In this document: positions 10,501 through 19,795 of the stretch, one piece after another
Numbering within the stretch: position 1 is the stretch's first letter
Layout of the letters: each line of letters opens with the position of its first letter
DNA from: Gammaproteobacteria bacterium
Lineage (GTDB): Bacteria; Pseudomonadota; Gammaproteobacteria; Eutrophobiales; Eutrophobiaceae
Length of the DNA: 64,000 nt
Direction: 5' to 3'
Assembly (NCBI GenBank): GCA_965116495.1
Contig: OZ220696.1
Location: forward strand, 448,001-512,000
Position numbers and translations under genes: made by a program
Notes under the pieces: model-generated
Told to the model about the DNA's origin: nothing
Database searches by the model: none
The model's input: only the letters and a program-made list of their open reading frames with translations

Positions 10501-10551
10501 GGGAAACAGGTAATGGCCCCGCCGCTTAAAGCCTGTCTGCCCTGCTTGCAT
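7543..10551 (-). CDS. TonB-dependent receptor
   Basis: EEIVVIGS, INIRGLG...LVLINGRR, DGAAASYGSDAIAGVMNF, AFRGPTL, GNPDLAPE and a C-terminal Phe. The start codon is uncertain (the ORF track starts at 10602). Confidence 0.9.
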   Translation of the reverse strand: MQAGQTGFKRRGHYLFPSLFPTSRQGNTCRILALCVILMCISPAQAQDKAREVVEEIVVIGSHIKMDPEEALSPVTNIDREELRYQGSPNVLDVILNLPFSQGADGESDRFQGGGGGSGVGPDRATINIRGLGPSRSLVLINGRRTTWSPIPIGADTQLLVDVNMLPFIALENIDFLRDGAAASYGSDAIAGVMNFKTRSDFSGIEISANHKVIRGSGGDTEVGFIGGMGFADGRGHLTTSASGIQRSELEIYRRNWAILPYAENPKGGWSSTGRPATFIPGSTTDVNTNGIIDPNCAALGGAPTSSNKRCRFQYTPFDNLVEKTRRWQSFTEASWNLSDSVTLSTEFLYSESSVPDWNTSPSYPPNSVIDPERSLRANNPALVDMAMKYPETYGPYAFCDDKTRCNWSGDAWDNVGWVLGRSFGQDGPLRAEPVKSRLARWAVGLDGQLGDLDFTTSATWSSSSRRINKADVMSYRDKRALQGLGGNECEQDVPNRYVDGRLDFDIETLQQHAGKGNCMYWSPFSNGMYGAHPQVPEAVYYENPDFNPDLDNRRLFDYLLTDRVIRGRTSLLVLEGIVSGNAPFQLLGNDIAFALGAQWRRENFKNGPVPGALNDGNANPCPAGPGITDCPEVERSGLFGYLPPHFTVDENRDIYSAFGELHVPLGYDIDTQISLRYEDYGAGTGSSLDPKVALHWHMSDNLVLRGSVSTAFRGPTLNQTVSGNSIHSLRYVAATGAFKSLIIKGNPDLAPESAVTFNVGLLLDRADLLADNDGLNLSLDYWSYRFSDPLVVEPFPRVLALACPVGNCAAGDPSYLNRVRFGKATSLADLQAIEVNIVNGPDIETDGIDFSGRYRFPVGSGDMEFSLSGTRILSFDIDSWELGAAYNALGRLNYETPLARTLTEWKVLWHANYAWRDFNLRYGAKFVNSYDNVEDNIRIDSHLTHDLHLHWAAKGDKLSLWATLLNFTDEDPPYAGEDLNYDAFTHNPLGRILKLGFTYAF

Positions 10552-11347
10552 AGCGATAGAGAAAGTCACCAGCAATCGTGTTAAACCGCTCGGGCGCTTC
10601 AATATTGGTTAAATGACCTGCCTGTTCGATGATGGCCAACTCCGCTCCCGGAATTGCATCTGCCAGAACCTGACTTTCCGATACGGGTAGCACTTTGTCT
10701 TCAGTGCCTACTATGATTAGTGTGGGTACGTCTATTCCGGACAGGTTTTTTCTGAAATCAGTGGTTACAATTGCTTTTAGTGCTTGAATATAAGGTTCTG
10801 TTCGAACCGCTGATAAAGATTTGAGCAGGCGTTGACGTACATTTTCCGAGGCTTTGGAACCTGTTAGCACGGCTATCATTTTCGGCGCAAGATCGGCCGT
10901 AGTCAGTCCTGCCTGTAACGGTTCCAGCCTGGGAACAAGAAAATCCCGTCTGTCTTCCTCGCTGGCAGCGCCGAAGCCGCAGGACGTATCCGCCAGCGTC
11001 AGCGTAGCAACCCGGTCTGCATGGCGGCCATAAAAATCCTGGGCAATCATGCCGCCCATAGACAGGCCAACCAGGTGCGCTGCCCGTACGCCGAGATGAT
11101 CCAGTAATGTATTGAGATCCCCGGCAAAATCCGAAAATTCCAGTGGCTCAACCGGGTCGTCACTTTCACCGTAGCCCCGTGCGTCCCAGGCAACCGTACA
11201 ATACCTGTCGCTCAGACCGGTTTGCTGTTCATCCCAGTTGGTCCTGTTCCCGCCGATACCATGGAGGAAGATGACAACCGGTCCGCTTCCTTCCATCTCG
11301 TAGGCCAGTTTCAGAGGACCACTTTGATAATGCCTTAAAACACGCAT
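10526..11347 (-). CDS. Alpha/beta hydrolase (enol-lactonase/RutD-like)
   Basis: LHGIGG, DARGYGES, nucleophile GLSMGG, GTED, AGHL. Confidence 0.88.
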   Translation of the reverse strand: MRVLRHYQSGPLKLAYEMEGSGPVVIFLHGIGGNRTNWDEQQTGLSDRYCTVAWDARGYGESDDPVEPLEFSDFAGDLNTLLDHLGVRAAHLVGLSMGGMIAQDFYGRHADRVATLTLADTSCGFGAASEEDRRDFLVPRLEPLQAGLTTADLAPKMIAVLTGSKASENVRQRLLKSLSAVRTEPYIQALKAIVTTDFRKNLSGIDVPTLIIVGTEDKVLPVSESQVLADAIPGAELAIIEQAGHLTNIEAPERFNTIAGDFLYRYASRADRL

Positions 11348-11362
11348 CTGTGCAGGTGTTGA

Positions 11363-11770
11363 TCAGGGATCAGGGATCAGGGCGGCGACCTCGACTTCCA
11401 GCATAAGGTCCGGGTCCACAAGGGCGGTGACCTGCACCCCCGTACTACAGGGCTTGTGATCACCGAAGTATTCCTTGCGTACCTCAAAATAATCGGAGAC
11501 TTTATCGTGGTCGGTGATATCCACGGTAAAAAACGTGGTCATTTTAACCACGTCCTGGAAGCCTGCGCCTGCTTCCTGCAAAATACCCTTGATGTTCTCA
11601 AAGACCTGTCTGGTCTGCCTGCGCAGGTCGCCGACGCCGACGACGTTGCCGTCCGTATCAAACGGGACTTGTCCGGAGAGAAATACCAGGTTGCCTGCCC
11701 GGATACCCTGGGACAGTGGAAAGTTCTCATCCCATTCCCAGCCCGGATCGATGAATTGCATTTTGCTCAT
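11363..11770 (-). CDS. RidA/YjgF family protein
   Basis: SQGIRAGNLVFLSGQV, QTRQVFENI, KPCST, LEVEVAA. Confidence 0.9.
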   Translation of the reverse strand: MSKMQFIDPGWEWDENFPLSQGIRAGNLVFLSGQVPFDTDGNVVGVGDLRRQTRQVFENIKGILQEAGAGFQDVVKMTTFFTVDITDHDKVSDYFEVRKEYFGDHKPCSTGVQVTALVDPDLMLEVEVAALIPDP

Positions 11771-13536
11771 GCCGGTGTGCTCCCTTGTGTTGTCGGGTCA
11801 GCGGAGAGAGAAGTGCGCAGGGTTTCGGTAGCCATCTCATCAATGGTCATTGTCGCGGGATTAATTACCACGCCGTAGTCCCGCGCCGCTCCCTCGATGG
11901 AAACGTATTCATCCACGACATCCTGCAGTACCGCGGTTGCGTCCCTGGCGAGCGGGTCTCCCCAACCGCCGCCGCCGCCGCTTTGCGCGTACATGATCTC
12001 GCCGGGTTGTTGCGCATAGTCCGCCTTGGCCACCCGAACCTCTTCCTCGTTGTCGCCTCCATAGTCAAGGACAACATGATTGCCCGCCGCTTCCTTGCCT
12101 CCGGCAAAACCCATCAACGGACGCCGGCAGGCCTGGACCTGGATAAAATTGATCACCGGGTCCGTGGTGCTCATGCGCAGCATCTGGTGGGCCGGCGAAC
12201 CGCGCCATTTACCGGGCGCCGCACTGTCGGTACTGTATTCGTTCTGGTAATACAGGAACGGATACATCACTTCCTGCAGCTCGAACGACGGGATGCGCAG
12301 GGAGGCATGAGGCGCAGAGTATCCGCCCCAACCGTCCGTGCCGCAGGCGCCGCCGCTGGAGGTCGGTGTGGTTGAATAGTCAAAACTGACGTACATCTGG
12401 TTATCATAGTGCGAATTCAACCCGAAAACGGTATTGATGGTCAGGTCGATGAATGCCGAGCCGGTTTTTTCCGGAACAATCTTTTCCAGGGTTTTCATTA
12501 CGGCCTGGCCGATATCACTGCCGATGCACAGCGTTGAATTGCCCACCGGCGCCGGCGGCAACGGGTTAATCACGGTACCCTCCGGAGCGATCACCTCGAT
12601 CGGTCTGAAAAACCCGGAATTCAGCGACACATCCGGCATCACTACGGAAAACTCGGTAAACACCCAGGATAAAGTGTTGCCCTTGACGCTGTTGACGAAC
12701 CCCTTGGTCTGGGGGTGAGTACCGGTGAAATCCACCGTGCATGCGTCCCCTTCAACATTGATGGTGACGTCGACGTTGATATCGATGCCGCCGTTGAAAT
12801 CGTGTTCGAGGATACTTCTCCCCTTGTATTCGCCATCCGGCCAGGAAGAGATTTCGGCGCGCACCTGGCGTTCACTGTAATTCAGGATGTAATCCACCGA
12901 CTCCAGCACCGTATCCAGGCCATACTTCTCCACCAGCCGGACGATCCTGTCTTCGCCGACCTTGCAGGCGCCGATCATCGCATTGAGATCCCCCTCCATG
13001 GTGTCCGGGAGGCGATTGTTGCCTGCCAGCAGGTTGACGATGTCGCGGCGCATTTCCCCTTTTTCGCAGATCTTGACGGGCGCCAGGCGAAAACCCTCCT
13101 GCCAGATTTCTGTGGCCAACGAGTTGTACCCCCCCGGCACGGGGCCACCCACTTCGATAAAGTGCGCGCGTACGGCGGGAAAAAAAACGGGCTTGTTATG
13201 GTAGAAAACGGGCTTCATCAGGGTCCAGTCGGGGATGTGACTGCCGCCGGAATAGGGGTCGGTCGCCAGCACGATGTCCCCTTCATTGAGGTTGTATTTA
13301 AACGACTTTAACAGTGTTTCAACCGAATGGACGGACGCATAAATATGGATGGGTTGCGAGTTTGCCCTGGCCAGCAGGCTGACTTCCTTGCCATCTGAAT
13401 AAAATACGCCGGTGGAATAATCATGGGCCTCGCTGAAAACAGTGGAAACGGAGGTGTTCTCCATGGTTTTGCTTATTTCCTCCGATACCGTTTCCAGGTA
13501 TTCGCGTATGATTTCAGCCGTGATCACGTCAATCAT
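11767..13536 (-). CDS. Hydantoinase B/oxoprolinase-family subunit (metal ligands retained)
   Basis: EAHDYST, DPYSGGSHIPD, AHFIEVGG, EIWQEG, GGGGWGDP. The probable start at 13536 overlaps the upstream stop. Confidence 0.9.
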   Translation of the reverse strand: MIDVITAEIIREYLETVSEEISKTMENTSVSTVFSEAHDYSTGVFYSDGKEVSLLARANSQPIHIYASVHSVETLLKSFKYNLNEGDIVLATDPYSGGSHIPDWTLMKPVFYHNKPVFFPAVRAHFIEVGGPVPGGYNSLATEIWQEGFRLAPVKICEKGEMRRDIVNLLAGNNRLPDTMEGDLNAMIGACKVGEDRIVRLVEKYGLDTVLESVDYILNYSERQVRAEISSWPDGEYKGRSILEHDFNGGIDINVDVTINVEGDACTVDFTGTHPQTKGFVNSVKGNTLSWVFTEFSVVMPDVSLNSGFFRPIEVIAPEGTVINPLPPAPVGNSTLCIGSDIGQAVMKTLEKIVPEKTGSAFIDLTINTVFGLNSHYDNQMYVSFDYSTTPTSSGGACGTDGWGGYSAPHASLRIPSFELQEVMYPFLYYQNEYSTDSAAPGKWRGSPAHQMLRMSTTDPVINFIQVQACRRPLMGFAGGKEAAGNHVVLDYGGDNEEEVRVAKADYAQQPGEIMYAQSGGGGGWGDPLARDATAVLQDVVDEYVSIEGAARDYGVVINPATMTIDEMATETLRTSLSADPTTQGSTPA

Positions 13537-15298
13537 TGTCGTATTTCTCCGGGCGATAGCCATTCACATCCAGCTCTTTTCTTAGTTCGGCGGTACGGGC
13601 GGTGTCGATCTGCAACTTCTCAGGATCGACGATGACACCATATTGTTCCTCTGCCGCTTCCAGGGATACGTAACCATCCAGTACGTCTGCCAGTACCTGC
13701 TCCGGGTTCCTGGCCATGGGATTGCCCCAGCCTGCACCGCCGCCCATCCTGATACTGAGGTCGGATCCCTGTCCGAGCAACTGGTCTACATAGGCGTTCT
13801 CAACGTTTATCTCCGCATCACCGGAATGTACCAGCACGGAATTGTCCATGCCTGCGGTTCCTCCGGCAAATCCGGCTGCCTGCTGGCGCGGGATGACACA
13901 GGCAGTCAGGTAGAACTCATCCGGGTCCGGATCGGGCAATTCAATGCACGCCTCGGTTCCGGGACCGCCACGCCATTGCCCGGCGCCGGCCGAATCCGTC
14001 ACGTACTCCAGCTTGCGGATTTCCCCGTCGACCTCCGCTTCAAACATCTCAATCGACGGCAGGGGAGTGGTAGAGGAAATACCGGGCATGCCCCAGCCAT
14101 CCCGTCCGGCCGCGCCGCTGCAGCCGCCCTGGGTAAAGCGGGCATAGTCGGTAAATGCCAATTGCTCGACGGTAAAGCCGTTGCGTATGCCGCGCCGGAT
14201 CATGTATATCAGCATCGAATTCCCGGCCACGTTGGCAACTTTTTCCGGAACAAGGCCGGACAGGGCATCGGTGACCGCCAGCGCCAGTTCGGTGCCGACA
14301 TGGGATGCCGACCAGCCCGTCGGCGCCGGTATGCGGGCATTCACCAGGGAACCTTCCGGAGCAACCAGGTCGACACAACGCAGGCTCCCCGCATTCTTCG
14401 GAATATCGCCTCCCAGCGAAGCAAAAACAGGTAACAGCGCATAACTCAGGGCCTGGGCCGGCGTAGTGTTTATAAAGCCGGTGGACTGGGCATCGGTTTC
14501 TGAAAAGTCCAGGAGCAGCCGGCCGTTTGTCGTTTCCAGTTTGACGCGGATATTGAGGTTTTCTCGTCCCTGGCAATCATGCATCAGCCTGCAACTGCCT
14601 AGCGCACTGACGTCTCCCCAACCCTTCAGCAACGAACTGAAACGGGTTTCTGCGTAATCGACCGACCAGTCCAGCGCGTCCAGTACCACCCCGGCGCCAT
14701 AGTCGTGAAGCAACTCTGTCATACGCGCCTGGCCGACCCTGACAGCAGAAAACATGGCTTCCAGATCCAGCCTGAAAGCCTTTGGATTGCGGCTGTTCAG
14801 GGCGATGGTGTTCAACGTGTCTTTGAGCAATTTTCCGTCACGGTAAATCTTGACGGGAGGGCAACGCACACCTTCTGCCCAGATTTCAGTGGCCCTGGGA
14901 TTGTAGTTTCCACGCAAATCACCGCCGATATCCTCCGTATGTGCACGCACGCCCACGTACAGGACTATCTCCTCTTCAAAACTCACCGGCGCAAAAGCGG
15001 TAAATTCCTGCAGGCGTGAACCTCCGCCGTAGGGGTCATTGGTGAGCAGGATATCTTCTCCTCCCAGGTCGTACTGGAAGTAGTCAAGCACGGCGGCAGC
15101 GGTATCCGCCATGGATGAAAGGTATAACGGGTTGTCGATCGTGACCAGTGATCCTGCCTCGGTAAATAAGCCGTTACAGCATTGATTTGCCTCACTGATG
15201 GTAGTCGAGCAGGCCGTGTTTATCATTGTGGCGCGCATTTCCGCCACAACCGCGTCGAACTTGCTACGCAGGACTTCGCCGGTAATTTTATCTACCAT
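13529..15298 (-). CDS. Second hydantoinase B-family subunit with degenerate metal-binding motifs
   Basis: Family fold motifs are present (NDPYGGG, HTEDIGG, EIWAEG, GGGAGWGNP), but EANQCC and GGSRLQE replace E..D.S and G.HLPD. Confidence 0.85.
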   Translation of the reverse strand: MVDKITGEVLRSKFDAVVAEMRATMINTACSTTISEANQCCNGLFTEAGSLVTIDNPLYLSSMADTAAAVLDYFQYDLGGEDILLTNDPYGGGSRLQEFTAFAPVSFEEEIVLYVGVRAHTEDIGGDLRGNYNPRATEIWAEGVRCPPVKIYRDGKLLKDTLNTIALNSRNPKAFRLDLEAMFSAVRVGQARMTELLHDYGAGVVLDALDWSVDYAETRFSSLLKGWGDVSALGSCRLMHDCQGRENLNIRVKLETTNGRLLLDFSETDAQSTGFINTTPAQALSYALLPVFASLGGDIPKNAGSLRCVDLVAPEGSLVNARIPAPTGWSASHVGTELALAVTDALSGLVPEKVANVAGNSMLIYMIRRGIRNGFTVEQLAFTDYARFTQGGCSGAAGRDGWGMPGISSTTPLPSIEMFEAEVDGEIRKLEYVTDSAGAGQWRGGPGTEACIELPDPDPDEFYLTACVIPRQQAAGFAGGTAGMDNSVLVHSGDAEINVENAYVDQLLGQGSDLSIRMGGGAGWGNPMARNPEQVLADVLDGYVSLEAAEEQYGVIVDPEKLQIDTARTAELRKELDVNGYRPEKYDND

Positions 15299-15302
15299 GG
15301 CA

Positions 15303-17366
15303 TTACTGAAAGCTTTCGATAATGTAAGTCTGATAGTGGTCGAGCATAGCTTCTTGTTGCGGATAGATGACTATCGTCGTTTCCGGTTCTTCGATTATGG
15401 CAGGACCCGTAATGAGATTTCCGGGCCTTACTTTCGTACCGTCGTAGACGCGTGTGTCGACAAACCCGACCCCGTCAAAACCCACCCGGCGCGTTTCCTT
15501 GTACGCTGCAGACGGATCCTCGGATTCGAACGGCGTACTGTGGTATTTGAGAGTATCGCGGGTGCCGACCAGGTCCGCACGGACACTGAGCACTTCGACC
15601 GTCTGGTCGGGACGTTTGAAAGAGTAAAGCTGCTCATGGGCCTCATGGAAGTCCTGAAAGGTCTTGTTCAGGTTTAGTTCCGTTACCCGTTTTGTCCTCG
15701 AGCGGATCGGAACGGTGACTTCGTGGGTCTGGCCGACGTAGCGCATGTCTATGGCGCGGTGGGTCTGGGTCTCGACGATGCCCGGCGTTTGTTTGAGCAA
15801 TTCAAGGGCGTTGTTCTCAAGCTCCTCGTAGATGGCATTCAAATCATCGATGCGGATGGTATTGGAACGACTGATGAAACTCTTGACCTTGGATATTTTG
15901 AAATTCGATATGATGCAGCCCAGTGCGCAGAATACACCCGCGTTCTTCGGCACCAGGATCGTATTGACGCCCAGGTCCTTGGCCTGTACTCCCACGTGAA
16001 CGGGACCTGCGCCCCCGAAAGCCATCAGGGCGAAGTCCCTGGGGTCGCGCCCGCGGGAAACCGAAACGTAACGGATGGCGTTGGTCATGGCGCTGTTGGA
16101 GATACGGAATATACCGCTTGCCGCTTCCTCGACCGACATGCCCAGGGGCTGCGCAATCTCAGTATCTATCGCCTTGTGGGCGGCGGCTGTGTCCAGGTTG
16201 ATTTCCCCCCCGCCGATAGCGCCCGGATTGAGGTAGCCCAGTACCAGGTTGGCATCGGTGACTGTGGGTTTGACCCCGCCCCGACCATAGCAGGCAGGTC
16301 CCGGATCGGACCCCGCGCTCCTGGGTCCCACCCTGAGTGCGCCGCCTTCATCGATCCAGGCTATGGAACCCCCGCCGGTACCGATGGAATGTATGTCTAT
16401 CATGGGCGTTGCGACGCGGTAGCGGCTGACCCAGGAATCAACGCCGATATCGGGCCGGCCATCCTTGATCAGGCAGACGTCATAGCTGGTTCCGCCCATG
16501 TCAACTGCGATCAGGTCCTTGTACCCGGACCATTCACCCACCGCAACCGCCGCGGTGACGCCGCCGGACGGCCCTGACTGGATGAGTTCGACCCCGCGTT
16601 TGCAGCAGAAGTCAGTATCCATGACGCCGCCGTTGGAAAGCTTGATAAACAGGCGGCCGCCGAAACCTGCTTCATTCAGGCTGACTTCCAACTGGCGCAG
16701 GTAATTATCGAGTTTCGGACTGAGGTAAGCGTTCAGTATGGTCGTACTGAAACGATCGAATTCCCGAACCTGGGGCAGGACTTCGCAGGACAGGGAAACA
16801 TAGGCTTCCGGGTATTCCTCCCGGATAACCTCCCTGATGCGGAATTCGTGTTCATTGTTTTTGAATGAGAATAACAGGCATACCGCGATTGATTCGACTT
16901 CCAGTTGCTTTAAATTACGGACCGCGTCACGCACTTCCTGCTCGTTGAGGTCAAGTACAATCTCTCCCAGGTGATTGATGCGCTCAGTGACACCCAGGCG
17001 TCTTTGCCTGGGTACGATGGGGTAGGGCGCCGGCAGGCGGATATCAAAATGATCTTCCTTGTACCCGGTCCGCAGTTCGATAATGTCGCGAAAGCCTTTT
17101 GTGGTGATGAGCCCGGTTTTGGCGCCGGCGTACTCCAGCATGGCATTGGTCACCACCGTAGTGCCCAGTACAAGGTTGTCGGCATTTTTGAGAAAGTCCT
17201 GTGAATCCAGGCTGAAATGCTCTGCGGATGTGCGGATGGCATTCATGATACCGACGGTTTCGTCGTTAGGCGTGGTCAGCACCTTGCCGCTGATGACCTC
17301 ATCCGCGCTGCGTACGACATAATCGGTAAACGTCCCCCCGACGTCGATGCCAATTTCGTAACTCAT
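15303..17366 (-). CDS. Hydantoinase A/oxoprolinase-family ATP-binding subunit
   Basis: IDVGGTFTD, GTTVVTNA, SGPSGG, DMGGTS, GTGGGSIA, SAGSDPGPACY, PTVTDA, FGGAGP, DMRYVGQ. Confidence 0.93.
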   Translation of the reverse strand: MSYEIGIDVGGTFTDYVVRSADEVISGKVLTTPNDETVGIMNAIRTSAEHFSLDSQDFLKNADNLVLGTTVVTNAMLEYAGAKTGLITTKGFRDIIELRTGYKEDHFDIRLPAPYPIVPRQRRLGVTERINHLGEIVLDLNEQEVRDAVRNLKQLEVESIAVCLLFSFKNNEHEFRIREVIREEYPEAYVSLSCEVLPQVREFDRFSTTILNAYLSPKLDNYLRQLEVSLNEAGFGGRLFIKLSNGGVMDTDFCCKRGVELIQSGPSGGVTAAVAVGEWSGYKDLIAVDMGGTSYDVCLIKDGRPDIGVDSWVSRYRVATPMIDIHSIGTGGGSIAWIDEGGALRVGPRSAGSDPGPACYGRGGVKPTVTDANLVLGYLNPGAIGGGEINLDTAAAHKAIDTEIAQPLGMSVEEAASGIFRISNSAMTNAIRYVSVSRGRDPRDFALMAFGGAGPVHVGVQAKDLGVNTILVPKNAGVFCALGCIISNFKISKVKSFISRSNTIRIDDLNAIYEELENNALELLKQTPGIVETQTHRAIDMRYVGQTHEVTVPIRSRTKRVTELNLNKTFQDFHEAHEQLYSFKRPDQTVEVLSVRADLVGTRDTLKYHSTPFESEDPSAAYKETRRVGFDGVGFVDTRVYDGTKVRPGNLITGPAIIEEPETTIVIYPQQEAMLDHYQTYIIESFQ

Positions 17367-17621
17367 TACCTCATCCCCTGATAAATTGTACTGTGTTGGT
17401 ATGCCTGTTCAGGATTTTCTACGGTACTGGTAAGTACCGCTAAAATCAACAATGATACATTAAATAATCGTGGTAAAAAAACATCAGAAACAAAATTCAG
17501 TTTGAGTATTGTAGCTTATATGATACCATTTGGACTGGGGGAGGTAGAACCGAATACCCGATATCTGCCTGTCCCTGTGCAGTCTTACAAAAAACCTGAA
17601 TTCCTCTGGAGGCACAGCGTG

Positions 17622-19787
17622 ATGCTCAAGACAAGAGTTTATGTAAAATTTCTCCTCATCGGTTCGTGTCTCGGATTGCTGTTGTTCGATTCAGCAGCGA
17701 CTTATTCCCAAGAGAAAGATAAGGGCGTTCTGGAAGAAGTGATAGTCACCGCGCAGCGGCGCACCGAGAACCTGCAGGATGTTCCCCTGGCGATCACCTC
17801 TTTTTCTGCCAGGAACCTTAATGATAAAGGCGTCTATGACCTGTTCGGCCTCACGTCCCTGGCCCCGAACCTGGACATCGTACAGAATAACGGCAGGGTG
17901 AAGGTATTTATCCGCGGCATCGGCCTCACATTGGATAATTCCGGCTCGGAAGGCGCAGTCGCGGTGCACCAGGACGGTGTCGTTATTGCCTATCCGAACT
18001 CGCAGGGCACCTCGTTTTACGATATTGAACGGATAGAGGTATTGCGCGGACCGCAAGGCACCTTGTTCGGCAGGAATGCAACGGGCGGTACGCTCAATAT
18101 CATTACCCGGGGGCCGACGGAAGAGGTCAGTATCAATGCCCGCGCCAACTTCGGCAACTATGAAGCACGGGAATTCGAGTTGGGCGTCGGCGGCCCCCTG
18201 GTAAAAGACAAGTTAAGCGCGCGTGCAGCTTTCTACAAGGTGGACAGGGACGGCTTCGGTGAAAACAGTTTTAACGGTGAGGATATCGACGACCGCGATG
18301 AGGTCGCGGCGCGCGGCAAGCTGAAGTGGCAGGTGACGGACGAGTTGACCGTAGTTGCGGCGATTGATTACTGGGATGCGGATGACTCGGGCGCGGTCGT
18401 GCATACTTTCGGCTCGGCATTCGGCGAATTGCAGGGGGTTGTTGAGGGTGGTAACGGCAAGCCGAGTTTCAGGGATATAGCAAGCGAAACTGAAGAAAGC
18501 AGGGACATGAGAACCTATGGTTACTCCGTGGACATTACCTATGAACTGAATGAAAACTTCACCTTCAAATCCCTGACCGGATACCGTGATGAGCACAGCG
18601 TAAAAAAATCACAGTATGACGGTACCGATAATCCCGGCTGGCCTTCGACAAATCACAATTCCGGCGTCCATTTCAGCCAGGAGTTTCAAATAAACTGGGA
18701 CATGGACAGGATCAACAGCGTATTCGGACTGTACTACTTCGATGACGATGTATTTGTCACCAATACGGTCCCGTTCCAGTTCGCGATCAACCTGCCAGGC
18801 GACATCTTTGACGAACGGGGACATGCAAAAACTGAAGCCTACGCGGCATTCGGCAGCTTGACCTGGGCGGTGACGGACAGGCTGAACCTGACGGCGGGAG
18901 TCAGGTACAGCGACGAAAAAAGAACCACGGAAAGCTCGTTCCAGCTCATGATTCAACTGTTTGGCCTGGATGTGTTCATCCCGCTGAACAACCAGCGCAA
19001 ATATGACGCCTGGACGCCGCGGTTCTCTATTGATTACGCCCTGACAGATGATGCCATGGTTTATTTCACCGCATCACGCGGCTTTAAAAGCGGGCAGATA
19101 CTGCCGGGCAACACAGCGCCGCCGCTCGACCCGGAGTTTATCTGGAGTTACGAAGGAGGGATAAAGTCCGTACTGTTTAATGACAGGCTGAAAGCCAACC
19201 TGTCGGCCTTCTATTACGATTACACGGATCTGCAGGTGAGCCAGTTGCTGGGCCTGTCGTTTACGCTTACCAATGCCGCGGCGGCCGACGCTATCGGAGT
19301 TGAGGCGGAACTTGCCTACCTGCTGACGGAAAATACGCAACTGGAACTGGTCTACGGCTACCTGGATAATGAATTTACCGAATTTTTCACCCAGGATCCG
19401 ATTTTTCCAGAACTGGGCGTGTTGAACCTGAAAGGCAATCCGCTGCCCAATTCACCCAAACACATGTTTACCCTGAGCGCAAGCCACACATACCCCAGCA
19501 GCTTTGGTGATTTCGACTTCAGGGTGGACTGGCGCTGGCGGGATACGGCTTATTTTGACCCCTACAAGCGGGATGTAGCCTCCCAGGACTCCTACTCAAA
19601 TGTCAGCATGAGGGGTACTTTTCAACCGCGCAACCAGAACTGGTCTATCTCGGCCTGGGTCAACAACCTGACCAATAAGGATGCGTATATTACCAATTAT
19701 ATCAGCCTGGCCAGTGGTGGTTTCCCCCGTAACGGCGATATCAACGACCCGAGAACCTACGGTATAGAGTTGCGTTACGAGATGTAA
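17622..19787 (+). CDS. TonB-dependent receptor
   Basis: GGAGG RBS at 17608; LEEVIVTAQRR, IERIEVLRGPQGTLFGRNATGG, RGFKSG, PRTYGIELRY. Confidence 0.92.
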   Translation: MLKTRVYVKFLLIGSCLGLLLFDSAATYSQEKDKGVLEEVIVTAQRRTENLQDVPLAITSFSARNLNDKGVYDLFGLTSLAPNLDIVQNNGRVKVFIRGIGLTLDNSGSEGAVAVHQDGVVIAYPNSQGTSFYDIERIEVLRGPQGTLFGRNATGGTLNIITRGPTEEVSINARANFGNYEAREFELGVGGPLVKDKLSARAAFYKVDRDGFGENSFNGEDIDDRDEVAARGKLKWQVTDELTVVAAIDYWDADDSGAVVHTFGSAFGELQGVVEGGNGKPSFRDIASETEESRDMRTYGYSVDITYELNENFTFKSLTGYRDEHSVKKSQYDGTDNPGWPSTNHNSGVHFSQEFQINWDMDRINSVFGLYYFDDDVFVTNTVPFQFAINLPGDIFDERGHAKTEAYAAFGSLTWAVTDRLNLTAGVRYSDEKRTTESSFQLMIQLFGLDVFIPLNNQRKYDAWTPRFSIDYALTDDAMVYFTASRGFKSGQILPGNTAPPLDPEFIWSYEGGIKSVLFNDRLKANLSAFYYDYTDLQVSQLLGLSFTLTNAAAADAIGVEAELAYLLTENTQLELVYGYLDNEFTEFFTQDPIFPELGVLNLKGNPLPNSPKHMFTLSASHTYPSSFGDFDFRVDWRWRDTAYFDPYKRDVASQDSYSNVSMRGTFQPRNQNWSISAWVNNLTNKDAYITNYISLASGGFPRNGDINDPRTYGIELRYEM

Positions 19788-19795
19788 AGCCTGGG

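Noticed and set aside
11767-17366. Acetone or acetophenone carboxylase call
   Set aside because: No small Zn-binding gamma subunit, and the duplicated subunit is B-type rather than A-type.
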